Source: Candidatus Aminicenantes bacterium
GTDB taxonomy: Bacteria; Acidobacteriota; Aminicenantia; Aminicenantales; JAFGBC01
Assembly (NCBI GenBank): GCA_963702005.1
Contig: OY969696.1
Coordinates: 160,001 to 224,000, forward strand
DNA length: 64,000 bases
Reading direction: 5' to 3'
Shown: positions 7,988 to 17,240 of the stretch, piece after piece
How the letters are laid out: each line of letters starts with the position of its first letter
Position numbering within the stretch: position 1 is the stretch's first letter
Position numbers and translations under genes: made by a program
Notes under the pieces: model-generated
The model's input: the letters and a program-made list of their open reading frames with translations, nothing else
Told to the model about the DNA's origin: nothing
Database searches by the model: none

Positions 7988-10900
7988 TTAAGAAAGATCC
8001 TCAAGGAGCGCCTTCGCCCCGATAAGATCGGGAGTGGCGAACCCTTCCGTGAACCAAGAATAAACCTCTTCCAGATTCTTTCTGGCCTCTTCTCGTTTTC
8101 CTTGTCTTTGCCACAAGCGGCTCAAACTCATCACGGCCCTGAGCTCCCATGACTTGGCCAACCGTAGGCGAGAGATCTCAATAGCCTGCTTGAAATACTT
8201 CTCAACTTCTTTCTCGGGCTCACCCCGCATCCGCAATAATTCACCCTTGAGCCGATAGAGCTCGGCTTCCATGTATCTCTCATCATATTTCTCGACGGCT
8301 TCAAAGGCCCAGTCCACGGCAGAAAGACCTTCCTCCAGATCTCCTGCTTTTCGGCAGGCTTCAGCGATCCTCGCCCTCAGACGCGAGAAACAGGTCATGG
8401 TCCCCGTCGCTTCCATGATCGACAAGCTTTGACGCATTTGGGCTATTCCTTCTTTGACCTTTCCCTCGAGAACGGCTCTCTCTCCGCGATAAAAATAGCC
8501 ATGCGCTGCTACGAGTATGAATCCATTTTTCTCGCAGAACGGAACAAGTTCTTCCGTATCCTTGTCGATCCGTGGAAAATTGCCGAGGAACCAATTCAGC
8601 TCGCACGCCGTGAGCAGGGCAAAAGCCAGCGAGTGCGGATGACCTAATTTTCGAGCGATGCTCACCGCTTCATCAAGTTGTCGGAGAGCTTGGTCGGGAT
8701 AGCCAATAATCCACTGCGCCCAAGACCCTAAACCCAGATTGAATACTCCGATATCATAGCCGAAGAGATAAGCCATGAAGCCGAATTTTTCCGGGTCATA
8801 GTTAGCTTTCCAATGTCTGAGGTTTTCCACGCTCTGGACAAGTTCTCCCACATTGAGCAATTCCCAGACGTCGGAATAGTGGGAGATAGCCTCGAGCATC
8901 GGGTTCTTTGACTGTTCGGCTATTGGAATCAACTGCTCTATCATTTTCAGCGATTCTCTGTACTGGGCCGTAGATACATAGTATGTGGCAAGCTGAACGA
9001 GCGCGTAAAACCGCTGAAGTGGATCACCCAATCGATCACTAAGCTCTCTGGCTCGAACGACGACTTGGCCCAATTCCGGAGCACCAAAGCCCTTCGTGGA
9101 CATGAGCGGAACGGCCAGGGCGAGCCGTAAAGCAAGCTCCTGTTGATCACGCTGAGGCGTTTCCGGAAGCTTTTGAAGAAGTCCCAGAGCTTTATGGTAG
9201 TGGGCAATCGCCGCCTCGCCGGCGGACAGCCGGACAGCTTTGTTTCCTGCTTTGTGAAAATAGTCTATGGCCTTCGGCATTATTCCCGCCTCCAGGAAGT
9301 GCCTCGCCAGTTGCACGGCAATCTCTTCAGTCTGCTCTCCGTAAAGGGCTTCTAAAATATTTCCTACTTCTTCGTGAAGTTGCGCTCTCTCCACCTTATC
9401 GAGGCTGTTATAAAGATATCTCTGGAACAGGATGTGCCGGAAAAGATACGAGGATAAGCGCTGTTTTTCGAGCTGCCGGATGCCTTTGGCAGACACCAGA
9501 TGATGCCGTTTATCCAGCTCCCTGCTTAAAAGCTTGATCAGCTCTCGGACCTCTTCTTTCTGGATCCGGGCAACCACCTCGGCCGTAAATTCTTCGCCTT
9601 CGACACTGGCGATCATTAAAATCTCCCGCAATTTTTCATTGAGCCTTTGAACACGCTCTTCAATGACGGCGTCCACGCGCGCCGGGAGCACGTTCCAATC
9701 CAAGGCTGGGCCCTCCATCCATCGGCCGTCCTTATCCCTGACCAAAGCCCCGCGTTCCTCCATGTCCTTCAGCAATTCAACCGTAAAGAGAGGATGTCCT
9801 TTGGTCTGGCTATAGAGCGTCTCCCGGAATTTAGGGCCTAGCCGGTTGGGCTCCGTATCAATATAATCATCCACGAATCGACGGGCTTCCGTTTTTCCAA
9901 CTTCGATCTCAATCTCCCCAAAATCCCGTTTGAGTTCATGAAGAATAGGCTCGAGGGGATGGCGCTCCACTCCCCGGCCCAGAGCAACCTCTGCCGGCCG
10001 CAAAGCCCCGACGATAAGGATCCGGTTCCCCTGAATCCGGCGGCCCAGATGAAAGAGCAAGCTTGCCGAGCCGGGATCGACCCACTGGAGGTCGTCTAGA
10101 ATAAGAAGCAGCGGCTTTTCTTTGGCCAGATCTTGCAGCACTCTGGTGTATTGTTCTAGCAGATTGCTCTGCTGGAGCATCAGATCCGGAGGGAGTGAGG
10201 ACTTTCGCTCCACGAGCTTCTTCAAGCCGGCCAGCCAATATGTCATTCGTGATGAGAAAGCTTCGCTTCGGGATGCCAAGGCTGCTCCGGGGATAAAAAT
10301 ATTGACCAAATCCAGGCCGTTATCCAATAAGGCTTTGACAGAAAGAGGCAGAAGATTCCACAGCCGAAGAGCGTGTTCTCTGGACATGACGCCAGCCGTC
10401 CATTTTGATTCAACGTCTCCGGTCAAAAGACTCAATATCTCGATGAACGGCAGGTAAGGATCTCCGATTCCGGCGTGGGCGTTGCATTTGCCCGAGGCGA
10501 CAATAAGTTCAGGATATGTCTCTTGGACACGCTGGGCAAACTCCTGGACTAAGGCTGTTTTCCCGCTGCCCGCTTCGCCGAGCAGGAAGACCACTTGTCC
10601 CTTGCCGCTAAGGGCGGCCTCGAGTTTCTGATACAGTTTACCCAATTCTTGTTCTCGGGCCACAAAGACCGATCGCTTTAGCGGAGCCTCTTCCACGCCC
10701 TCGCTAAGAAAAGCCGGAATCTTAGGTTTCAGGGCACCCGCTGCCGTCGGTAAACCCTCTTCCAGGCATCTAAATTCCGCCAGCAATTCCTCCGCCGTCT
10801 GGTATCTCTTCTCCCGATCCTTTTCCAGGCATTTCAGGATGACCGTGGTGAGTTCTTCAGAGAGCTGGGGATTGATCTCCTTAGGGCTCAGAGGGAGTTC

Positions 10901-11704
10901 AGCCTTGTGCTTCATGGCGATGATCAAGGCCGTATCGCCCTCAAAGGGAACTCGCCCCGTCACCATTTCATAGAGCGTGGCTCCCAGAGCATAAATGTCC
11001 GATCGCGCGTCCGCTTCCATCCCCCCCACTTGTTCGGGGGACATGTAGTCAGGGGTCCCGATGATCACTCCGGCTTCCGTTACACCTTTGGCGGCCAGTG
11101 ACCGGGCGATGCCAAAGTCCATAATGCGGATATTTCCGTTTTTCTCGATCATGATGTTTTGCGGCTTCAGATCACGATGAACGACACCCAGTCGGTGCGC
11201 CTCCATCAGTCCCTCGCAGACCTTCACGGCTATTGGCACCGCTTCACCTTCAGGCAACCGGCCTGTTCTCGTGATAACGGTCTTTAAATCCTCTCCCGGC
11301 ACATATTCCATTGTGATGAAATAGGTGTCATTTTCCCTGTTGATATCATGCATCCGGCAGACGTTCCGGTGGGTGATCCTGCGTGCGTATTTAAGCTCGT
11401 TCCGGAATCGTTCGATCGTCTTTTCGTCGGAGGCAATTTCAGGGTTCAGGAGCTTGAGGGCCACCTCCTCCTGAATCTCTTTATCTAACACCCTGTAAAC
11501 TTTCCCCATGCCGCCGTGACCGAGTTCTTCGATCACCTCGTATCTTCCCGCGTAGAGGCTCCCTTGGGCAAGCCCGCTGAGAGAAACCTGAAGAGTCCTG
11601 GTGGCGGAAAACGGCTTCTTTTCAGAAAGGGAGAAATCGAACCCGCAGTTTCCGCATAAGCGGGAATCGGAGGGATTCTCAAAGAGACATTTTGGACATT
11701 TCAT
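7988..11704 (-). CDS. Zinc-ribbon Ser/Thr protein kinase fused to a STAND/AAA_16 NTPase and TPR repeats
   Basis: MKCPKC..CGNCG, LGHGGMGKVY, HRDLKPQN, DFG, Walker A GEAGSGKT, Walker B LLILDDLQW, C-terminal TPR region. Confidence 0.95.
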   Translation of the reverse strand: MKCPKCLFENPSDSRLCGNCGFDFSLSEKKPFSATRTLQVSLSGLAQGSLYAGRYEVIEELGHGGMGKVYRVLDKEIQEEVALKLLNPEIASDEKTIERFRNELKYARRITHRNVCRMHDINRENDTYFITMEYVPGEDLKTVITRTGRLPEGEAVPIAVKVCEGLMEAHRLGVVHRDLKPQNIMIEKNGNIRIMDFGIARSLAAKGVTEAGVIIGTPDYMSPEQVGGMEADARSDIYALGATLYEMVTGRVPFEGDTALIIAMKHKAELPLSPKEINPQLSEELTTVILKCLEKDREKRYQTAEELLAEFRCLEEGLPTAAGALKPKIPAFLSEGVEEAPLKRSVFVAREQELGKLYQKLEAALSGKGQVVFLLGEAGSGKTALVQEFAQRVQETYPELIVASGKCNAHAGIGDPYLPFIEILSLLTGDVESKWTAGVMSREHALRLWNLLPLSVKALLDNGLDLVNIFIPGAALASRSEAFSSRMTYWLAGLKKLVERKSSLPPDLMLQQSNLLEQYTRVLQDLAKEKPLLLILDDLQWVDPGSASLLFHLGRRIQGNRILIVGALRPAEVALGRGVERHPLEPILHELKRDFGEIEIEVGKTEARRFVDDYIDTEPNRLGPKFRETLYSQTKGHPLFTVELLKDMEERGALVRDKDGRWMEGPALDWNVLPARVDAVIEERVQRLNEKLREILMIASVEGEEFTAEVVARIQKEEVRELIKLLSRELDKRHHLVSAKGIRQLEKQRLSSYLFRHILFQRYLYNSLDKVERAQLHEEVGNILEALYGEQTEEIAVQLARHFLEAGIMPKAIDYFHKAGNKAVRLSAGEAAIAHYHKALGLLQKLPETPQRDQQELALRLALAVPLMSTKGFGAPELGQVVVRARELSDRLGDPLQRFYALVQLATYYVSTAQYRESLKMIEQLIPIAEQSKNPMLEAISHYSDVWELLNVGELVQSVENLRHWKANYDPEKFGFMAYLFGYDIGVFNLGLGSWAQWIIGYPDQALRQLDEAVSIARKLGHPHSLAFALLTACELNWFLGNFPRIDKDTEELVPFCEKNGFILVAAHGYFYRGERAVLEGKVKEGIAQMRQSLSIMEATGTMTCFSRLRARIAEACRKAGDLEEGLSAVDWAFEAVEKYDERYMEAELYRLKGELLRMRGEPEKEVEKYFKQAIEISRLRLAKSWELRAVMSLSRLWQRQGKREEARKNLEEVYSWFTEGFATPDLIGAKALLEDLS

Positions 11705-11749
11705 GGCCCTCGCCTCCTTTATCTGAGGTATAAAAACCTGGTTATCAAG

Positions 11750-11970
11750 TGACCAGCCCCCCATCAATGCACCAGCCCTTGAGTGAATTTTTCGACCATA
11801 AAGGCCTCTGGAGCCGGCGGCCTGTAGCCTAAGAAGATGTGCGGCCTTAAGCGATTGTATGTCTTTCTCCAGCCCTCCACAAGGACCTTCGCTTCGGCCA
11901 ACGTGTCCAGCACCTCCCCGTTGAGAAGCTCATCCCGGAGCTTCCCGATGAAGGACTCGACGTAGCCATA
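11750..11970 (-). pseudogene. IS3-family transposase C-terminal relic with right end
   Basis: Manual translation GYVESFIGKLRDELLNGEVLDTLAEAKVLVEGWRKTYNRLRPH..LGYRPPAPEA, followed by GGGGGCTGGTCA. Confidence 0.85.
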
Positions 11971-12031
11971 GTAGCCTTAACTTGGTATCTTGCTTCTCCT
12001 GGAACCTTCCAACCTTCCTGTCGTTTACGTT

Positions 12032-12214
12032 TGTGCCCAAAATACGTCAGGAATATCGAAACATATCTAAAGATATCGAACTCCTTCGAAATCCTGGCGC
12101 CCCTGACAAACAAGCCTATTATAGGGGAAATTCCTTATTTTCTGCACGTTAGCTTTTTCCGCTGCTTCCTACACACGGTAGAAGTCAGAGGTTCAAATCC
12201 TCTATCGCCCACCA
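12032..12214 (+). repeat. att-like module 2 with tRNA-Val 3' half (12170-12214)
   Basis: TGTGCCCAAA; four ATCGAA-type 10-mers; CACACGGTAGAAGTCAGAGGTTCAAATCCTCTATCGCCCACCA. Confidence 0.9.
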
Positions 12215-12440
12215 ACCTTATTCCGAAACGATACCATTATCTGGATTCGCCTTGATTACTCAAGGGGGATAAGGGGGGGGTAATATAGCTAAGGATAAAT
12301 CTTGGGGGAATTACGGATTCTTTTGCAGACACTGACATGATTGCTGGCCTCCCCTGATTAGTCAGGACAAGTAGGTGGGATTAATAGTTTAAATAAAAGT
12401 CTTGGAAGTGTCCCGGACATACCATGGCCGCGGATTCCCC

Positions 12441-14939
12441 CTATTTCTTTTTATCCAGGGGGAGGCCTATGCGGCGCAGCAAGGCCTGGTAGCGCGGGTC
12501 GCCGCGCAGGGGGTCCCAGAAAGGCATGCCGATATAGGCTAACTCGGGATCGTGTGCGTCGTAGGCCTTATAGAACCAGTCGATGGTCCGGTCCTTGTCG
12601 CCGGCATCGAAATAACGCAGGGCGATGCCCACGGCGCTGTGATATTCGGACTTTTTATACCGTGCCGCCAGGACGTCGGCGATGCCCCGCTGCGCGCCCT
12701 CGTATCCGCCTTCCGCGAGGCCCCGCTCGAAAGCCGCCAGTCGTTCGGGGTCACGGGCGATCCTCAGTCTCTGGTCGGCCAGCTGCTCGTCGCGCATCCC
12801 CTTGACGATGTAATATCGCTGAATAGCGGTGAAGGCGATCCCCATATCGGGCCTAATGGAGAGTGCGGTGCGGGCGGCGGCGAGGCTGTCGTCATAGCGC
12901 CCGAGGTACTGCAGGACAATCGCGTGCATGCTGTGATACAGCGCGTTGAACGGGTCCAGCTTGAGCGCCCGCTCGATGTGCCGGATCGCCTCGCCCGCGC
13001 GTCCCCTGTGCGCCAGGAAGTGGGAGTAGTACGCGTGCGCGTTGGCGCCGTTGGGATTGAGCTCGAGGGCGCGCTTCCACTCCGGCTCGGCGTCGGCCCA
13101 GTCCCATTCGGACCACGTCATGACCGAGGCCAGGGCTTCGTGCGCCTCCGCGGAGTTGTCATCAAGAGCGAGGCATTGAAGCGCCGCCGCTTTGGCCTTG
13201 GGTCCGGCCTCACTGGCCGGTACGATTGCCATTTGTTGGCGGGCCAGCCAGACCCACGTCAAACCCTCATAAGCCGGGGCGTAGGATGGGTCCTTGACGA
13301 GCGCCTGCTCGAAGCAGCTCTGGGCGGCGTCTAAATCGGCCGGCTTCATCGTCTTCCAGAGGGAAGAGCCCTTGAGATAGGCGCTATAGGCCTCAGGATT
13401 GACCGTCCGGGCAAAGGCCAGGCGGGCCTGCTCGGCCGGGAGCAGCTTGACCGCCAGGGCTTTGGCCACGCTCTGCGCCACCTGGCCCTGCACCGTAAGG
13501 ATGCCCGAGAGATCGTGCTCGTACGTGTTGGCCCAGATCTGCGTCTGGTCGGTCACATGGATCAGCTCGGCGCTGATGCGGACGCGGTTCGCCTCACGCC
13601 GGGCGCTGCCCTCCAGGACGTATTCCACCCCCAGCTCGCGGCCGACCTGGTCGATCGGCGTTTCGGCCTTCTTGTAGCGCATGACCGAAGCGAGGGCGAT
13701 GACGTTTAGGGCCGCGGGATGGAGGCGCCCGAGCTGGGTGATCAACTCCTGCGTAACGCCGTCGGAGAGGACCTCTTGCTCCGGGTCGCCGGACAAGTTC
13801 ACGAACGGCAGCACCGCCAGCCTGATCGCGGGCTCGGCGCGGCCTTTCCTTCCGAAAACCCGATCACGAAAGCCTCCGATGTTGAGGCCGAAGAGGATGA
13901 GGCTGACCGCCAAGGAGGCACGAAGCAGATAAAGTAAATTCCGTCCGAATGCTTTTCCCCTTATCCTTCGCTTGGCCTTGAGCGGCTTGAGTCCTTGGGC
14001 GACGGCCTCGAGGTCCTCCCGAAACTCCTCCATGGTCTGGTAGCGTTGAGCGGGATCCTTAGCCAAAGCTTGGAAGACAATCCGTTCAAGTCCGGGCGGA
14101 AGGCCAGGCCGTGTTTTGCCCAGCGGCTTCGGCTCCCGGTGGAGGATTGCATGGATGACCGTCTGGTCATGATCGCCCTTGAACGGCAGCTCGCCGGCGA
14201 GCATCTCATAAAGCACGACGCCGAGGGACCAGATGTCGGTCCGGCTGTCCAGATCCTCGCCTCGGGCCTGCTCCGGCGACATGTAGGCAACCGTGCCCAG
14301 CGTTGTCTGGGTTTTGGTGAGCGAACTCCCGCCCCGCAGCTTAGCCAGCCCGAAGTCCATCACCTTGGCCTGGCCCTTCTCCGTGACCATGATATTGGCG
14401 CTTTTGATGTCTCGGTGGATGATGCCCTTGACGTGGGCCGCTCCCAGTCCGGCCGCGACCTGGCTGACGATGTCAAGGGCCTCGTCCGGCTTCAGTGGCC
14501 CCCTCTTGATCCTGTCCCGAAGCGTCTCGCCTTCCACATACTCCATGGCGATGTAGGGCCGGTCCTCGCCCTCCCCGACCTCATGGATGACGCAGATGTT
14601 CGGGTGGGAGAGGGCCGCGGCCGCCTGGGCCTCGATGAGGAATCGTTCCCTGAGCTCGACGGAATCCGCCAGTTGCGGCGGAAGGAACTTCAGGGCCACA
14701 ACGCGCTTGAGCCTGATATCTTCAGCCCTAAAGACGACCCCCATCCCGCCCCGCCCGATTTCTTCAACGATCCTGTACTTTCCGGCGATGAGGCTGTCTT
14801 TCGAGATGATGGGAAGAGGGGTAACCAGGGTTTTTGTCAGGGAGGACGGCTCAGGCCCCGCCTCTCCAAGGGGCGTCGCGCAATTGCCGCAGAACCGCGA
14901 GTGTTCCTTGTTCTCGGAATGACATTTCGGGCATTCCAT
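12441..14939 (-). CDS. Zinc-ribbon Ser/Thr protein kinase with TM segment, TolB-N-like and TPR domains
   Basis: MECPKC, IGRGGMGVV, HRDIKSAN, DFG, RLAVLPFVNLSGDPEQE, TPRs. Confidence 0.95.
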   Translation of the reverse strand: MECPKCHSENKEHSRFCGNCATPLGEAGPEPSSLTKTLVTPLPIISKDSLIAGKYRIVEEIGRGGMGVVFRAEDIRLKRVVALKFLPPQLADSVELRERFLIEAQAAAALSHPNICVIHEVGEGEDRPYIAMEYVEGETLRDRIKRGPLKPDEALDIVSQVAAGLGAAHVKGIIHRDIKSANIMVTEKGQAKVMDFGLAKLRGGSSLTKTQTTLGTVAYMSPEQARGEDLDSRTDIWSLGVVLYEMLAGELPFKGDHDQTVIHAILHREPKPLGKTRPGLPPGLERIVFQALAKDPAQRYQTMEEFREDLEAVAQGLKPLKAKRRIRGKAFGRNLLYLLRASLAVSLILFGLNIGGFRDRVFGRKGRAEPAIRLAVLPFVNLSGDPEQEVLSDGVTQELITQLGRLHPAALNVIALASVMRYKKAETPIDQVGRELGVEYVLEGSARREANRVRISAELIHVTDQTQIWANTYEHDLSGILTVQGQVAQSVAKALAVKLLPAEQARLAFARTVNPEAYSAYLKGSSLWKTMKPADLDAAQSCFEQALVKDPSYAPAYEGLTWVWLARQQMAIVPASEAGPKAKAAALQCLALDDNSAEAHEALASVMTWSEWDWADAEPEWKRALELNPNGANAHAYYSHFLAHRGRAGEAIRHIERALKLDPFNALYHSMHAIVLQYLGRYDDSLAAARTALSIRPDMGIAFTAIQRYYIVKGMRDEQLADQRLRIARDPERLAAFERGLAEGGYEGAQRGIADVLAARYKKSEYHSAVGIALRYFDAGDKDRTIDWFYKAYDAHDPELAYIGMPFWDPLRGDPRYQALLRRIGLPLDKKK

Positions 14940-15016
14940 GACACCCTCACATTGCCGATGCCCGAATCGTATCACCGCCGGAGCGGCCGGTCAATCGAGA
15001 AACACGTTCTTTCGGC

Positions 15017-15209
15017 TGTACCCAAATCGTGCCCAAAAAATGTCAGAAATATCGAAGACTATCGAAAGATATCAAAATCCATCGAAATCCTGGAGCCCAT
15101 AAAACAGTCCTATTACAGAGGGAATCCCTTTATTATCTGCGCTTTAGGTTTTTCCACCGCTTCCTACACACGGTAGAAGTCAGAGGCTCAAATCTTCTAT
15201 CGCCCACCA
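15017..15209 (+). repeat. att-like module 3 with a decayed tRNA-Val 3' half (15165-15209)
   Basis: TGTACCCAAATCGTGCCCAAA; four phased 10-mers; CACACGGTAGAAGTCAGAGGCTCAAATCTTCTATCGCCCACCA. Confidence 0.9.
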
Positions 15210-15381
15210 TCTTGTTATCAATAACTCGCCTGATTCCTTTATCGGGCAAAATCGCGGTCGTGCCTAAATCCGAACCAGCGAGCCGTTCTGCTTCTCCTTT
15301 CTGCCGTTAGCGTCCGACTCTGGGGAGAGGAAGTTCCCGTAATTCCTCATGTCTTTGGCAACGCCGCCTTGTCACGGTTAG

Positions 15382-16848
15382 TTAAACCTTAAACTCATTC
15401 AACCAAGTAATGAACTCCGCCCATTTTTTTCGCCAAAACTCTAAAGCTCTCTCTTTTTCCTCGGGATCCATAGCCGAGTAGATGAGTGAGTTCATCGCCA
15501 ACTGCTTAAGGCATTTCAAATCCAATTCCCACGCCATGAACGCAGCGTAGAAATCATAAGAAAACGTGCATTTCCATATGCCTGGATCATCGGGACAAAT
15601 GACAACTGGCAGGCCGCTGTTGATATAGAGCACAGCGGGGTGATTGCGAAGATCGGCGACATAACCGAGAACTTGGTTGCTGATTGGACAGACCTCAATG
15701 GCGATACCCCGTTCTTTCACCATTTGCATGAGGAGAGGATGCTTGAAAAGCGCGATACCATGGCCTATCCGCCTGGCATCAAGGAGAATGGCATCTAGAA
15801 CATTTTCGTTTTCCGTCCAGTTGCTTTCGCCGGAATGAATGTATAGGGGCAAGCTGAGATTGCGCTGTTCCGCCTTATGGCCTGCTTCAATAAGTTCATT
15901 GATAAAATAAAGATTCGTATGGCATTTGTCCTCTTCCTCCATCAGATCATAACCAATAATAAGACCTGGGTTTGCCGCTCGTTGATCCAGGGCTTGACTC
16001 AAGTTCTCGGCGATTCGCTCCCGGGGAGCGGAGCGGGGAGAGGAAAATATGTATTTGACCTTAAATTCCGGATGGTCGCGCTGTATCTCCTTTATGATTT
16101 CCTGACTCCCTAGGTCACCCCGGGTCTCGACATACTGCACGTTTTCCGTGATCAAATCTCCAAGCATTTTGCGGCAAAAGCCACTCCAGATCTCATTACT
16201 GAATAGGCCCATAGACCTAGCGAAACATTTTCTGAATTCAGCCCAGATATCCGGCTGGCCAAGATCTTCTTCACCGAGAGTTACAGCTTGGTAGAGCTCT
16301 TCATCAAATTCCTCAACATTATCTGCGGCTTTGCGGAGGTCGCTGACGAGGCGCCAGCCTTCTCCAGGCGGTTCCCTAGAGATCCTCATGGACCCTTTGC
16401 GAGGCGGTTCCTCCTCTCCTTGGTAAATATAACAGTTCTGCAGATAAGTCGCATGCTTAACAAGCCAGTGGAAGTCTCCCATGGCAAAACCGTGGCCATG
16501 AAGAATTCCCCCTTTAGGCATGCGCTTCATGATTTTCAGTATGGAAGATTGGTCGATCAGTTGTCTTGTTTTGTATTTCAGAAAACTATGTGCTGGGGGA
16601 AAATATTCATGAGTTCGTTCTATTTCCTCCTGCTTGAGCAACATCAGCCGACGGTTCGCCTCCTCCTCTTCGGGCACAAGCTTGATTCCGGCATCGATTC
16701 TCATCGCCAGCTCGGCCTGAATCACTCGTTTTCTCACTTTCATATAATCATCGACATCTTCATAACGCCTTTGAACAAAACTATCCTTCTGTTGTAGAAA
16801 TCCGCAAAAGAAAAGCGAACATACGAAAAATATAAAACCGCGTTTCAT
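15382..16848 (-). CDS. Secreted adenosine deaminase, ADA2/ADGF-like
   Basis: Signal peptide; MPKGGILHGH, HSGE, RIGHG, EVCPISNQVL, DLRNHP, DDPG. Confidence 0.9.
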   Translation of the reverse strand: MKRGFIFFVCSLFFCGFLQQKDSFVQRRYEDVDDYMKVRKRVIQAELAMRIDAGIKLVPEEEEANRRLMLLKQEEIERTHEYFPPAHSFLKYKTRQLIDQSSILKIMKRMPKGGILHGHGFAMGDFHWLVKHATYLQNCYIYQGEEEPPRKGSMRISREPPGEGWRLVSDLRKAADNVEEFDEELYQAVTLGEEDLGQPDIWAEFRKCFARSMGLFSNEIWSGFCRKMLGDLITENVQYVETRGDLGSQEIIKEIQRDHPEFKVKYIFSSPRSAPRERIAENLSQALDQRAANPGLIIGYDLMEEEDKCHTNLYFINELIEAGHKAEQRNLSLPLYIHSGESNWTENENVLDAILLDARRIGHGIALFKHPLLMQMVKERGIAIEVCPISNQVLGYVADLRNHPAVLYINSGLPVVICPDDPGIWKCTFSYDFYAAFMAWELDLKCLKQLAMNSLIYSAMDPEEKERALEFWRKKWAEFITWLNEFKV

Positions 16849-17040
16849 AATTCTACCTCCTTTCATTGCATCTCAGATGGATCAAAGAGGAATTCATGGT
16901 TAGCGGATTAAGTTCCTATAACAATTATCACCACGGGAAATGGGATGTCAATTGAATGGAAAAGCAGATCTCCCGCTCCAAGTGACCATGTGTCACAGGA
17001 TATACAGATTTTGCTTAGAATCGCTTCTAGATTGACAAGT

Positions 17041-17200
17041 TGTGCCCAAACTGCGCCCAAAAATATCAAAAAAGATCGAGAGCCAAAGAGCCCTAAAAAA
17101 TCATTATTTACAACGAAAACCCCTTATTTTCTGCGCTTTCTCTTCAGGCGTGGCTTCCTTCACACGGTAGAAGTCAGAGGTTCAAATCCTCTATCGCCCA
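17041..17200 (+). repeat. att-like module 4 with tRNA-Val 3' half lacking CCA (17159-17200)
   Basis: TGTGCCCAAACTGCGCCCAAA; two phased 10-mers; TTCACACGGTAGAAGTCAGAGGTTCAAATCCTCTATCGCCCA. Confidence 0.88.
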
Positions 17201-17240
17201 TCCTCTTCTTTTAAAACTAATTTGAAATGAAGAAGTTAGG

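Noticed and set aside
12340-12370. Possible IS3-like terminal sequence (also TGACCTGCCC at 26769)
   Set aside because: Too short, and no partner end or transposase remnant was recognised
7281-17200. CRISPR array or classical attC integron
   Set aside because: Spacing is kilobase-scale, there are no cas or intI genes, no attC-type long palindromes were seen, and the repeat core is tRNA-derived
12031-17214. Short ORFs sharing FLHTVEVRGSNPLSP (12031-12255, 15029-15310, 16945-17214), plus 7200-7385 overlapping module 1
   Set aside because: They are translations of the att modules and tRNA halves; the N-terminal frames are not conserved between copies
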